Below, piece after piece: positions 37,801 through 47,000 of a stretch of DNA of 63,877 bases. A model generated the notes under the pieces. That model was given only the letters and a program-made list of their open reading frames with translations. It was not told where the DNA came from and made no database searches. Origin of the DNA: an uncultured Alphaproteobacteria bacterium. GTDB taxonomy: Bacteria; Pseudomonadota; Alphaproteobacteria; CAAHEQ01; UBA3637. Position numbers and translations under genes: made by a program. Location: NCBI GenBank assembly GCA_937888725.1, contig CALARE010000092.1, positions 1 through 63,877 of the forward strand, written 5' to 3'. Each line of letters begins with the position of its first letter. Within the stretch, counting starts at the first letter, position 1.

Positions 37801-39441
37801 ATGACACCTGAAATTATTGATTTGCTTTTTCCAAACCCATTGCCAAGTGTTGCTGAAATTGAGGCAAAATACCCATCTCGTCAGTTGGAAGCTGGGCAAA
37901 AAGTGACCCGTGTTGCACCAAGTCCAACAGGGTTTATGCATGTTGGGGGTATTTATGCGGCCTTGATGAGTGAACGTGTGGCTCATCAAAGTGGTGGTGT
38001 TTTTTATTTAAGGGTGGAAGATACAGATCAAAAACGCAAGGTTGATGGTGCAACAAAGGTGATTTCTAACTCTTTATCACGTTATGGTATTTTTGCTGAT
38101 GAAGGGGTTGATGAAGATGGAAATAGCTATGGACCATATGGTTCTTATACACAAAGCGAAAGAAAAGAAATTTATCAAGCCTATGCCAAAAAGTTGTTAG
38201 AAGAAGGGCAAGCTTATCCTTGTTTTTGTGTGGCAGAAGATTTGGATTTAATGCGTAAAATTCAAGAAAAACAATCTATGCGTCCAGGGTATTATGGGCG
38301 TTTTGCAAAATGCAGAACGTTGTCAGATGATGAAATTTTGGCAAAATTAAAAGCGGGTGAACCTTGGGTATTGCGTTTTAAATCTCCAGGTAATAATGAA
38401 AAGCGTATGTTAATTAAAGACCTTTTAAAAGGTGATATCAATATGCCAGAAAATGATTTAGATATTGTTATTTTAAAAGGTGACGGGTTGCCAACATATC
38501 ATTTTGCACATGCCGTTGATGATCATTTAATGGGTACAACACACGTTATTAGAGGGGATGAATGGGTTTCGTCTGTGCCACTTCATATTCAATTGTTTGT
38601 TGCTTTGGGATGGAAAGCACCAAAATATGGTCACTATGCGACACTTCAAAAATTGGATAATGGTAATAAACGAAAACTATCCAAACGCCATGATCCAGAA
38701 GCAAATATTGTTTATTTTTGGGAAAAAGGATATCCAGAAAAAGCATTGATTGAATACTTGTTGAATTTAATTAATGCCTCATTTGAAGATTGGCGGAATA
38801 AAAATCCAGATAAAGATGCTTTTGAATATCCAATGAGTTTTAATAAAATTTCAAATACAGCTGGGGCATTGTTTGATTTTCAAAAATTGCACAGTATTTC
38901 AAAAGAAGTTGTTGCTCGTATGACGGCTGATGAGGTGTATGTAGCTGTTCTTAATTGGGCAAAAGAGTATAATGCCCCATTTGCTGAAAAGTTACAGAAT
39001 AATAAAGATTATGTAACCGCTATTTTGAATATTGAACGTAATATTGGTAAAAAATCCCGTAAAGATTTGATTAAGTGGGAAGATGTTGAAGCTGATATGA
39101 GTTATTTCTTTGCTGATTGGGTAAGACCTGATTTGGGAGAATTTAAGGATGAATTACCTTTAAATCCAGATGAAATGCGTCAAATTGGGGTTGATTTTAA
39201 GGCTGTTTATAATAAAAATGATGATAAAGATACTTGGTTTAAAAAGATTCAAGAGATAGCTGAAAAACACGGGTTTGCAACGGATACAAAATCATATAAG
39301 GCATCACCTGAAAGCTATAAAGGTAGCATCATTGATGTTGCAAATGTTTTGCGGGTGTTGGTAACAGGGCGGACAAAAAGTCCTGATTTATATCAAATTA
39401 TGCAAATTATGAGTGATGAGTTGTTGTCATCTAGACTTTAA
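37801..39441 (+). CDS. gltX: Glutamate--tRNA ligase (long form, 546 aa)
   Basis: Class I motifs APSPTGFMHVGG (HIGH-type) and RKLSKRH (KMSKS-type), plus DGLPTYHFAHAVDDHLMGTTHVIRGDEW. Confidence 0.85.
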   Translation: MTPEIIDLLFPNPLPSVAEIEAKYPSRQLEAGQKVTRVAPSPTGFMHVGGIYAALMSERVAHQSGGVFYLRVEDTDQKRKVDGATKVISNSLSRYGIFADEGVDEDGNSYGPYGSYTQSERKEIYQAYAKKLLEEGQAYPCFCVAEDLDLMRKIQEKQSMRPGYYGRFAKCRTLSDDEILAKLKAGEPWVLRFKSPGNNEKRMLIKDLLKGDINMPENDLDIVILKGDGLPTYHFAHAVDDHLMGTTHVIRGDEWVSSVPLHIQLFVALGWKAPKYGHYATLQKLDNGNKRKLSKRHDPEANIVYFWEKGYPEKALIEYLLNLINASFEDWRNKNPDKDAFEYPMSFNKISNTAGALFDFQKLHSISKEVVARMTADEVYVAVLNWAKEYNAPFAEKLQNNKDYVTAILNIERNIGKKSRKDLIKWEDVEADMSYFFADWVRPDLGEFKDELPLNPDEMRQIGVDFKAVYNKNDDKDTWFKKIQEIAEKHGFATDTKSYKASPESYKGSIIDVANVLRVLVTGRTKSPDLYQIMQIMSDELLSSRL

Positions 39442-39461
39442 TTGTGTGTTCAAGAAAAGGG

Positions 39462-39492
39462 GTTCCTAAAAATTTTTAGGAACTCTTTTTTT
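39462..39492 (+). terminator. Intrinsic terminator after gltX
   Basis: GTTCCTAAAA..TTTTAGGAAC hairpin followed by TCTTTTTTT. Confidence 0.8.
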
Positions 39493-39521
39493 ATATTGAA
39501 AAATATATTTATAAAATATTC

Positions 39522-39550
39522 TTGACAAAAAATAAAAAAGGGTTTATACT
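39522..39550 (+). promoter_or_regulatory. Near-consensus sigma70 promoter TTGACA-N17-TATACT
   Basis: -35 at 39522..39527 and -10 at 39545..39550 with exact 17-nt spacing, ~30 nt upstream of a GGAGGG RBS. Confidence 0.65.
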
Positions 39551-39581
39551 TATCATAATTAAAGAAACCATGGAGGGTTAA

Positions 39582-39755
39582 ATGAAAAGGAATGAAGAAA
39601 AACCAATGTCAAAAACAACAGCTTATATTCTTGCGGGAATATTGGTAATTGGTATGTGTTTGGGTATGGTCATGGGGAATAAAAAATCCCCTAAAGTGGT
39701 TAAAAAAGCAGAACCTGCTATGCAATTAAAACAACAAAATCAAGTGGAAAGATAA
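39582..39755 (+). CDS. Small membrane protein (57 aa), unannotated in the ORF track
   Basis: GGAGGG lies 4 nt upstream of the ATG. MKRNEEKPMSKTTAYILAGILVIGMCLGMVMGNKKSPKVVKKAEPAMQLKQQNQVER has one TM helix and a basic tail. Confidence 0.5.
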   Translation: MKRNEEKPMSKTTAYILAGILVIGMCLGMVMGNKKSPKVVKKAEPAMQLKQQNQVER

Positions 39756-39776
39756 TTATATCAAAGTGAGGGTAAG

Positions 39777-39890
39777 ATGAAACATAATACAGTTTGTAAA
39801 GTTGCGGTTAAAGATATTGCCTTTCGTTTGGGGTTAATCGCAATCATGACCGTTATTTGGATTGCTCATTTATATTTGATGATGTTTTAA
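39777..39890 (+). CDS. Small hydrophobic protein (37 aa), unannotated in the ORF track
   Basis: GAGGGTAAG precedes the ATG. MKHNTVCKVAVKDIAFRLGLIAIMTVIWIAHLYLMMF has one TM helix. Confidence 0.4.
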   Translation: MKHNTVCKVAVKDIAFRLGLIAIMTVIWIAHLYLMMF

Positions 39891-39911
39891 GTTTACGATA
39901 TAAGGGAGGAG

Positions 39912-39952
39912 GCAACAGTTTTTTATTTTTTAAAAAGCTGTTGCTTTTTTTT
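39912..39952 (+). terminator. Intrinsic terminator closing the two-small-ORF unit
   Basis: GCAACAGTTTTTTA..TAAAAAGCTGTTGC long hairpin followed by T8. Confidence 0.8.
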
Positions 39953-40004
39953 ATAAATGTCGTTAAAATAACCTCATTACTTATTTTTAACAAAAGGATT
40001 TTTT

Positions 40005-40565
40005 ATGTCATATACAGAAATTAAATCAGACATGCAAACACGCTTGTCAAAAACTCAAGAAGCTCTTAAAAAAGATTTTTCTGGCCTTCGCACAGGGCGT
40101 GCAACAACCGCATTATTAGATGGTGTGATGGTTGAATCATATGGTGCGATTGTGCCTCTTAATCAAGTTGGGAATGTTGCTGTTTCAGATGCAAGAATGC
40201 TCACTGTTTCTGTCTGGGATAAATCGATGATTAAAAAGGTTGAAAAAGCTATTGTTGAAGCTGGCCTTGGTTTAAACCCAATGAATGATGGTATCGTAAT
40301 TCGTATTCCAATTCCACCATTGTCTGAAGAACGTCGTATTGAATTGATTAAAATTGCGGGTAAATATACGGAAACAGCTCGTGTTTCTGTTCGTAATTTG
40401 CGTCGTGATGCATTAGATGGGATTAAAAAACTTAAAAATGATAATGAAATCACCGAAGATGAACAAAAACGTTATGAAACCGAAATTCAAAAAATGACAG
40501 ATGAGGGGATTAAAGCTCTTGATGATGCATTAAAAGCAAAAGAGGCTGAAATTAAACAAATCTAA
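40005..40565 (+). CDS. frr: Ribosome recycling factor
   Basis: 186 aa; LRTGRATTALLD, VSVWD, NPMNDG, and IPPLSEERR are typical Frr motifs. Confidence 0.97.
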   Translation: MSYTEIKSDMQTRLSKTQEALKKDFSGLRTGRATTALLDGVMVESYGAIVPLNQVGNVAVSDARMLTVSVWDKSMIKKVEKAIVEAGLGLNPMNDGIVIRIPIPPLSEERRIELIKIAGKYTETARVSVRNLRRDALDGIKKLKNDNEITEDEQKRYETEIQKMTDEGIKALDDALKAKEAEIKQI

Positions 40566-40580
40566 TAGATATGACAGAAG

Positions 40581-40616
40581 AAAAGCCTCATGCCAGATCG
40601 TCATGGGGCTTTTTTG
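40581..40616 (+). terminator. Intrinsic terminator after frr
   Basis: AAAGCCTCATG..CATGGGGCTTT hairpin followed by TTTTG. Confidence 0.75.
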
Positions 40617-40704
40617 TATCGTGTTAATTGGTGATTTTATTTGATTTTAATAATGTTATATTTGATAGAAATGGCTGTACACTTTTATTTTTACGATAAA
40701 TCAA

Positions 40705-40869
40705 TTACATAAAAAATTCTTCATCTTCATCAGCAACTTCCATTGCAACAAATTCCTCCTCCTCATCAAGGGAGGAAGAGTTTTCTTTTTGCAGGATGTC
40801 CTTTTGAAGCACTGGCTTTCCCAATGGTTCAGATGTAAATAATGCTTTTAAAAGTTCAAGTAGAGTCAT
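40705..40869 (-). CDS. 54-aa acidic peptide translationally coupled to the GHKL gene (not in the ORF track)
   Basis: ATGA overlap: ATG at 40869..40867 shares two bases with the TGA stop at 40868..40866. Sequence: MTLLELLKALFTSEPLGKPVLQKDILQKENSSSLDEEEEFVAMEVADEDEEFFM. Confidence 0.55.
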   Translation of the reverse strand: MTLLELLKALFTSEPLGKPVLQKDILQKENSSSLDEEEEFVAMEVADEDEEFFM

Positions 40870-43800
40870 GTGTTTTTATCCTTTTTATCGGATAGAAATA
40901 TAGCTTTTAAATCCGTAAAATGTTTTCCCGTAAAATACAATTCTTTTGTTCTATTATTAAATGAAACTTCTATTTTTTTACTAGCTAAATTTGTAGAAAT
41001 ATCTATATTTTTAATTACGTTTCTTAATTCATTTAAAATTGGTTCATTGTTTCTAACCCATTCAATATATTCTGCTGCACAATTTGGACACAGTGCCAAA
41101 TATTGATATGGATATTCTCTTTCCATCTTTGAAAAAATTTGAACACTTTCAAAATGATAAGAACCATTTTTCTTTTTAAAAGGAAGTTCATTCTGACAAA
41201 ACTGACAAATCATAATATCATCTTCGTTTGTATATTCATTTTTAAGATAAACAGTTGTTGTTTCTTTTATATCTGAATTTGTTATTCTAATAGATCGTTC
41301 TTTTATTTCATACTGCTGATTTTGGGATGTAGAAAATTCTTCTTCCCGTTTTATTAATCTATTGTGAGCATTTTTAGTTTCAGAGCAAGGAAGAGTTGGT
41401 TTTTGTCTTTCTGACCTAATGGATTTTTTAAAAATCTCTTGAATATCAAGACCATTTTCTTCAGCTTGTTTAGCCCATTGAGCGAGAAATTCCATTTGTT
41501 GATTATCTTTAAATCCAGCTTTTTGAGCAAATTCGTTTTTTCGTTTTTCTTCCTCAATTCTTTCAGTTTCACTTTCTCCAAAACCAATTGCTTTTAAAAC
41601 TGGATTATTATAACCATCTTCCGGAATTGTCCAGCCATCTGGTAATCTTTCAAATGTCATATCTTCGGGGCAGTTTCTGTTCCCATCCTTATCTAAAATC
41701 CAACAGAGTTTTTTTAATCTATAGATATAAGCAGATGGACATTCATGTCTGGAATCTCTATTATTAGCCATGTAAACAGCTGTTAACGTGTCTTTGCCTG
41801 CTTTAATTATTGTTTCCCATATAATTTTAGAAGCTTTTTTTACTCTTCTAGGATGTATCATATCGAAAAAACAATATAATTTATAATCTATGTTACGGCA
41901 ATAATCAGTTTCATTTTTACCAGATGGATTTAATTTTGTTTCGTATAAAGGATTATCATGACAGTTACTGCTGATAATTTTTATTTCATGCCAAATTCCC
42001 AATTCTTTTAATAATAAAATAAAATCTGTTAATTCTTCTTTTTTTAATTTTTCTTTATACTCGGCAGAAAGTTCTTTTTTGCTTCCTTGAAAAAGAAAAT
42101 TAAAATCATTTTCTTCATAAATATTCCCTAGCATTAAAGAAGATGGTTTATAATAACATTTATCATCTCCAACAACAAAACTTGTTTCACGTAAATCATA
42201 TCTTTTTGATGGATATTCTTTTATTGCTTGAAGAATTATTTTAATATCTTTAATATTTTCCTCTATTGGAATTTTTTTAATGGGATAATCTGTATATTTT
42301 TCAATAAGTTCATCGCAAAGGGTTTCTATTGAATATTCTTTTATTCCCAACTCTTTGAAAATTGAAATCATTTCATAATCTTCTTTTTTGTTTTTTATAC
42401 AAAGTTCTGAATGTATAAAATCATATTTTTCAAGAATGTCGTTAGAAATATTTCCTTGGGGTTTTAAAAGGGGTTTATCATTTAGACTGATAACATTTTT
42501 GGCTTCTGTTAAAAATAAATCTATTGTCGAAACTTTTTCTTGATTATAATCATAATTATTAACATATTCTTTCACTTTTTGATATAACAATTTCAATTGA
42601 GGAATTTCTTTTTGTTTTAAAACATCTTTCCATAAGTTTCGTTTTTCAGAATTATACCATGAAATTCTAAGAGGAACATCATAATCAAATATCTTAATTA
42701 GATGCCGAAATAATTCATACCAGCCATAAGATCTAATATCTAAATCGTGTAAAAATTTATCAGCCCTTGAATTTCTTTGACTTGCATTTTTAACCCACAT
42801 GGGTGATTGACAATTATCATCGGTTTCTTCCAAATTTAAGATTTGTGCCAATTCATCATCTGATAAGAATGTATCTATTCTTTCTTCAGAAAAAAACAGC
42901 CCTGAAGCTGGGGCAAATTCTCCTGTTTTTGTAGGTGTTAAACTTTCTTCTTGGAATAATTTTATAATTTTAGAATGAAATCCTTTGTAAGCATCTGGTA
43001 AATCATCATCTCTATTTGGAAGAATTCGCAAAAAATCAGTAGATAGCATATTGTTATCTTTAATCCAAAATAAACTTTCTTTTTGCAATTCAACAAGAAT
43101 TGATAAAAGTTTTGCATTATCTTGTGTATCTCTAATACTAGCTCTAGAGATTTCACAGGCAAATGGTGCATTAATTAAAAATTTTAAATGGGAATCCTCT
43201 TTTTCAGCTGGAAACCATATAAAAACATTATGCTTTTGTGTTGAAGGAACAATTTTATATAATTTATTTCCATTATTATCTATTTCGGTATCTAATTGGT
43301 ATGCAATTGATACAGTAGTGGATATTTTATCTTCTGTTTCTATTTTAAAAAAAGGTTCCGTTCTTTGAAATTTTAAATATTCACATTCTTGGTTATGCCA
43401 ACCTTCTGCACTTAATAAAACAAAATGATTTTCTTCTACTTTTGTAATTATTTGAGTTGTTTTTCCATTTATCCATTTTATATGTGTAATGTTGTTTAAA
43501 AATAAAAGTGTTTCAGCTTTTAAGTTTTTTAATCCTTCTAAAATTTCTTGACAGGCAATTTCCTTTGGCTTCTCTTTGCGATTAAAAGGAAATTTAAAAT
43601 AGGTTATATTAGTATTAGGAAAATCTATTTTTTGTTCGATATTAACACGTTCTGGTATAACCATATCAGTTATTTTAAATTTCCATTTATCAGATATAAT
43701 TATCGGTGTATTTGTATAGGCATAAACGGCTTTAAATCCCACACCAAATTTTCCCACGCTTGTTCCATCATCTTTTTTTGTACTATTCGCAATATTTGTA

Positions 43801-44054
43801 ATTGAATCTATATCATACAATGAAAATAATTTATTTCCGTTATGGGAAAAAATGAGATAGTCTTTTCTTAAATCAAAAATCACTTCTGTTGCCTGAGCAT
43901 CTTCAGCATTTTGTATTAATTCATATATAAAATGAGCTTTATCAGGATAAAGGTCAGTTAATAATTTACGAAGACCAATATCAAAATTATTATCTTTGCT
44001 TGAGTTAACCCAATCCAGTCTTTTTTTTGCTAATTCCTCAAAAGATTTTACCAT
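40866..44054 (-). CDS. Sacsin-type GHKL (HATPase_c_3-like) ATPase, 1062 aa, with a C-terminal CxxC...CxxC zinc ribbon
   Basis: N-box FIYELIQNAEDA (aa 42-53), G-box GKFGVGFKAVY (aa 101-111), FLINAPFACEISRASIRD. The zinc ribbon CQFCQ...CPNC is encoded at 41079..41207. An AAGGA RBS sits in the 15-nt gap after the upstream gene. Confidence 0.8.
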   Translation of the reverse strand: MVKSFEELAKKRLDWVNSSKDNNFDIGLRKLLTDLYPDKAHFIYELIQNAEDAQATEVIFDLRKDYLIFSHNGNKLFSLYDIDSITNIANSTKKDDGTSVGKFGVGFKAVYAYTNTPIIISDKWKFKITDMVIPERVNIEQKIDFPNTNITYFKFPFNRKEKPKEIACQEILEGLKNLKAETLLFLNNITHIKWINGKTTQIITKVEENHFVLLSAEGWHNQECEYLKFQRTEPFFKIETEDKISTTVSIAYQLDTEIDNNGNKLYKIVPSTQKHNVFIWFPAEKEDSHLKFLINAPFACEISRASIRDTQDNAKLLSILVELQKESLFWIKDNNMLSTDFLRILPNRDDDLPDAYKGFHSKIIKLFQEESLTPTKTGEFAPASGLFFSEERIDTFLSDDELAQILNLEETDDNCQSPMWVKNASQRNSRADKFLHDLDIRSYGWYELFRHLIKIFDYDVPLRISWYNSEKRNLWKDVLKQKEIPQLKLLYQKVKEYVNNYDYNQEKVSTIDLFLTEAKNVISLNDKPLLKPQGNISNDILEKYDFIHSELCIKNKKEDYEMISIFKELGIKEYSIETLCDELIEKYTDYPIKKIPIEENIKDIKIILQAIKEYPSKRYDLRETSFVVGDDKCYYKPSSLMLGNIYEENDFNFLFQGSKKELSAEYKEKLKKEELTDFILLLKELGIWHEIKIISSNCHDNPLYETKLNPSGKNETDYCRNIDYKLYCFFDMIHPRRVKKASKIIWETIIKAGKDTLTAVYMANNRDSRHECPSAYIYRLKKLCWILDKDGNRNCPEDMTFERLPDGWTIPEDGYNNPVLKAIGFGESETERIEEEKRKNEFAQKAGFKDNQQMEFLAQWAKQAEENGLDIQEIFKKSIRSERQKPTLPCSETKNAHNRLIKREEEFSTSQNQQYEIKERSIRITNSDIKETTTVYLKNEYTNEDDIMICQFCQNELPFKKKNGSYHFESVQIFSKMEREYPYQYLALCPNCAAEYIEWVRNNEPILNELRNVIKNIDISTNLASKKIEVSFNNRTKELYFTGKHFTDLKAIFLSDKKDKNT

Positions 44055-44069
44055 GTGTTTTATCCTTTT

Positions 44070-47000
44070 TTATTCATGCACAATTTTAACAATTCCTGAT
44101 AAAATAGGTGTTCTATGTATGTCTGCAGTTTTTGAAATTTTATCTAATTCTTTCAATTTGTTTTGATATTCATTTTCAATTTTCAAAATCCAATTTTCTT
44201 GCATATCTTTAATCCCAGAAGACCTTTGTTTTGCTACATTTTTTCGAGCATTTGTTGAAACTTCAAGACTTTTTGTTTTGTAATCTTTCCATTGTTGAGT
44301 ATTAAGTTTGTGGTCTTCAGCGTCTTTTTGCCATAACAAATGAACTTCCTCTTTAATTTTTTGCCAAGCATCTTCAGGGAACTTTGTATCTGGAATTGGA
44401 GCTCCAACTTCCAATAAATTCAATAGATTTTCTTCTATCGCCTTTTCTGAACAAATCGCTTTTAATTTAATATTTGGTGTAAAACCTTTGTATTCCCAAG
44501 AAAAGATTTGAAAAGGATATTCTCCTTCAGGAATATCATTGTCTATAATTTTGAATGCAGTTCTAATTGGCATTTTAGACTCAAATTCATTTGCTGCAGC
44601 TATTACAAGAGGATGTAGCGGCATAATAAATTGAATATTTTGATCTATTCGTGCAGTTCCCATATCAAAAGTAATAGGAATTGTTTGATCAAAACCTTTT
44701 AAATAATTTTCCCAACTCTTATATATTTTTCCTTTTCTATGTGGTAATTTTAAATAATCATCCAATAAAAGTTGTTTTACTTCTTTTGATAAACGAAGAG
44801 AGCGTTTAGCTCCTGTCCCAGTTATTACATTAGAATTTGTTTTCTTTTGCAAATATGCAATAACTATTTTTTCTAGAGCAATAGGAGATATCCAATAATT
44901 TTCAAATTTTTCAACTTCCTTTTCGGATGTTAATTTGTTTGGAATGCAAAATAGTTCTAGTTGATGTTTTTCTAAATCCCTTTGTTCTAAAATACTTTGA
45001 TAGTGATTTTGAGCAATTTTTTCCAACTTTTTATCTTTTTGCTCAGGAGTTAATTTTGTATTTTCACAAACAGATTTAATTTCATTATGAATTTCACCAA
45101 GAATTTCATCACAATCCCCTATACTTTCTTGAAAGATATTAATTCTGTTCAAACATCTATAGTAAATACTTGCATCTATGGTTCCTTGAACGACCATATT
45201 GTATATTGCAACTGCTTCACTTTGTTGGCCAAATCTATCAATTCTACCAATTCGTTGCTCAATTTTCATTGGATTCCACGGTAAATCATAATTAATCATT
45301 GTATCGCAGAATTGATAATCTAATCCCTCACATCCAACATCAGAGAATAATAACACATCAAAAGAATCAGAATGATTTTCACTTTCTTTAAACCTGTTTC
45401 TGATTTGAACTCGTTCGGTATCATCAATTCCACCATGAATTAATCCAACTCGAATCCCTTTGTTTTCAAGTTGTTCTTTTAAGTAAGTTAATGTATGCCT
45501 AAATGTACTAAAAACAATTACCTTTTTATTCTCTAATGTTTGTTTTTCTTGAATCACTTTATAAAATGCTTCAAATTTCGGGTCATATGGTGGTAAATTT
45601 TCAGCTTCATAGATTAATTGATCAATTTCTTTTTTATATTTAATCAAAATATAATCATCTAATGAATTGCTATCTAAATCTTCATTAGAGGCAGAGATGT
45701 CGGAAAAATCTATGTCATCATTTTGAACGGTTTTATTAAAGATGGACCCGATAAGAGGAGATAATCCATGCAAGCAACTGGAAGCTTGGCGTTCTAATGT
45801 CGTCATCATGAATTTTACATTTGATGTCCCATGTAATTCTTCGAGTATCTTTGATTTTAAAGATATTAAATTGTCAAAAACAGATTGTTCTTCTTTACTA
45901 AATATAGCTTGAACTGTGTTAGAGTGGCGCATGCAAAAATCAGAAGCAACATCTTTTCTTTGAGTTCTGTTAATAATAGTCGAAAATGTGTGCATTTTAG
46001 ATAAGATATCAATGAGGGTAACTTTTTCTTCTAAAGACAAAACATCTTTTGCTAACATATCCATTACTTGTTTAAAATCAGGTCTTGATTTTATAAGATT
46101 CCCACCTGTTGTTTGAATAGCTGATAATAATTCATTTTTTGCGTTATTGTTTTTGTTTGCCCTGATATATCTTATAGCCGCATTTATATGCTTATTTGGT
46201 TGGTGCATAATATCAAATGTTTCCTTGTTTGGTAATAAATCTGGGCGTAAAAGATTTAATAAAACAAATAAATCATTATTTCCTAATTGAATAGGGGTTG
46301 CTGTTAAAAATACGATAGCTTCTGCAGACAAGCAAAATTGTTCCACAACTTGATGTCTAATTGCTTCTGGATTTTTAAGATGGTGTGCTTCATCCACAAT
46401 TACTAAATCAAAAGAAGGAAATGGGTTCAATTTTTTTAATATCTCTAAAGTATTTTTATCACAAATTGAAAATGGCAAAATTGCTTTTTTGTATTTTTCA
46501 GGCCATTCTCCTTCTATTGAGTATTCATCAATGCAATATTTAAGAGTGGATGAATCTAGTGTTTCAAAATCTTCATCAAATTTTTTCATTTCCTGTTCCC
46601 ACTTCCTCTCAGAAACGAGTGGTTTAGGGCAAATTACTAAAACAGATTTTAAATCATTTCTTATTTGTAATTCTCTTAAAATTAAACCAGCTTCAATTGT
46701 TTTACCAATTCCAACGCCATCTGCAATCAAAATTCTAGGTTGATCCGATTGCATTATTTTAATAACAGGTTTAAACTGATAAGGAATGGAATCGATTCTT
46801 GCAGCATTTAAAGAGTACAAGCTTGTCATTAAAGGTTGCCTAATAACAAATGATGTTAAATAATTTCTTACAGTTGATAATGGAATGAATGGATCTTCTT
46901 TTTTTTCAATACATTCTATTTGGTTAATATAAAAAGGCTTTATTTCTCCGTTAATAAATACAGATACTTCATTTCCATCAATTGATAAAACAACCCCTGT

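Noticed and set aside
40617-40705. Direct repeat of the tRNA-Thr 3' end marking the distal islet border (attL/attR)
   Set aside because: The only match is a 7-mer (GGTGATT in GTTAATTGGTGATTTT against TTAGGTGATTCGAA). That is too short to be meaningful in AT-rich DNA.
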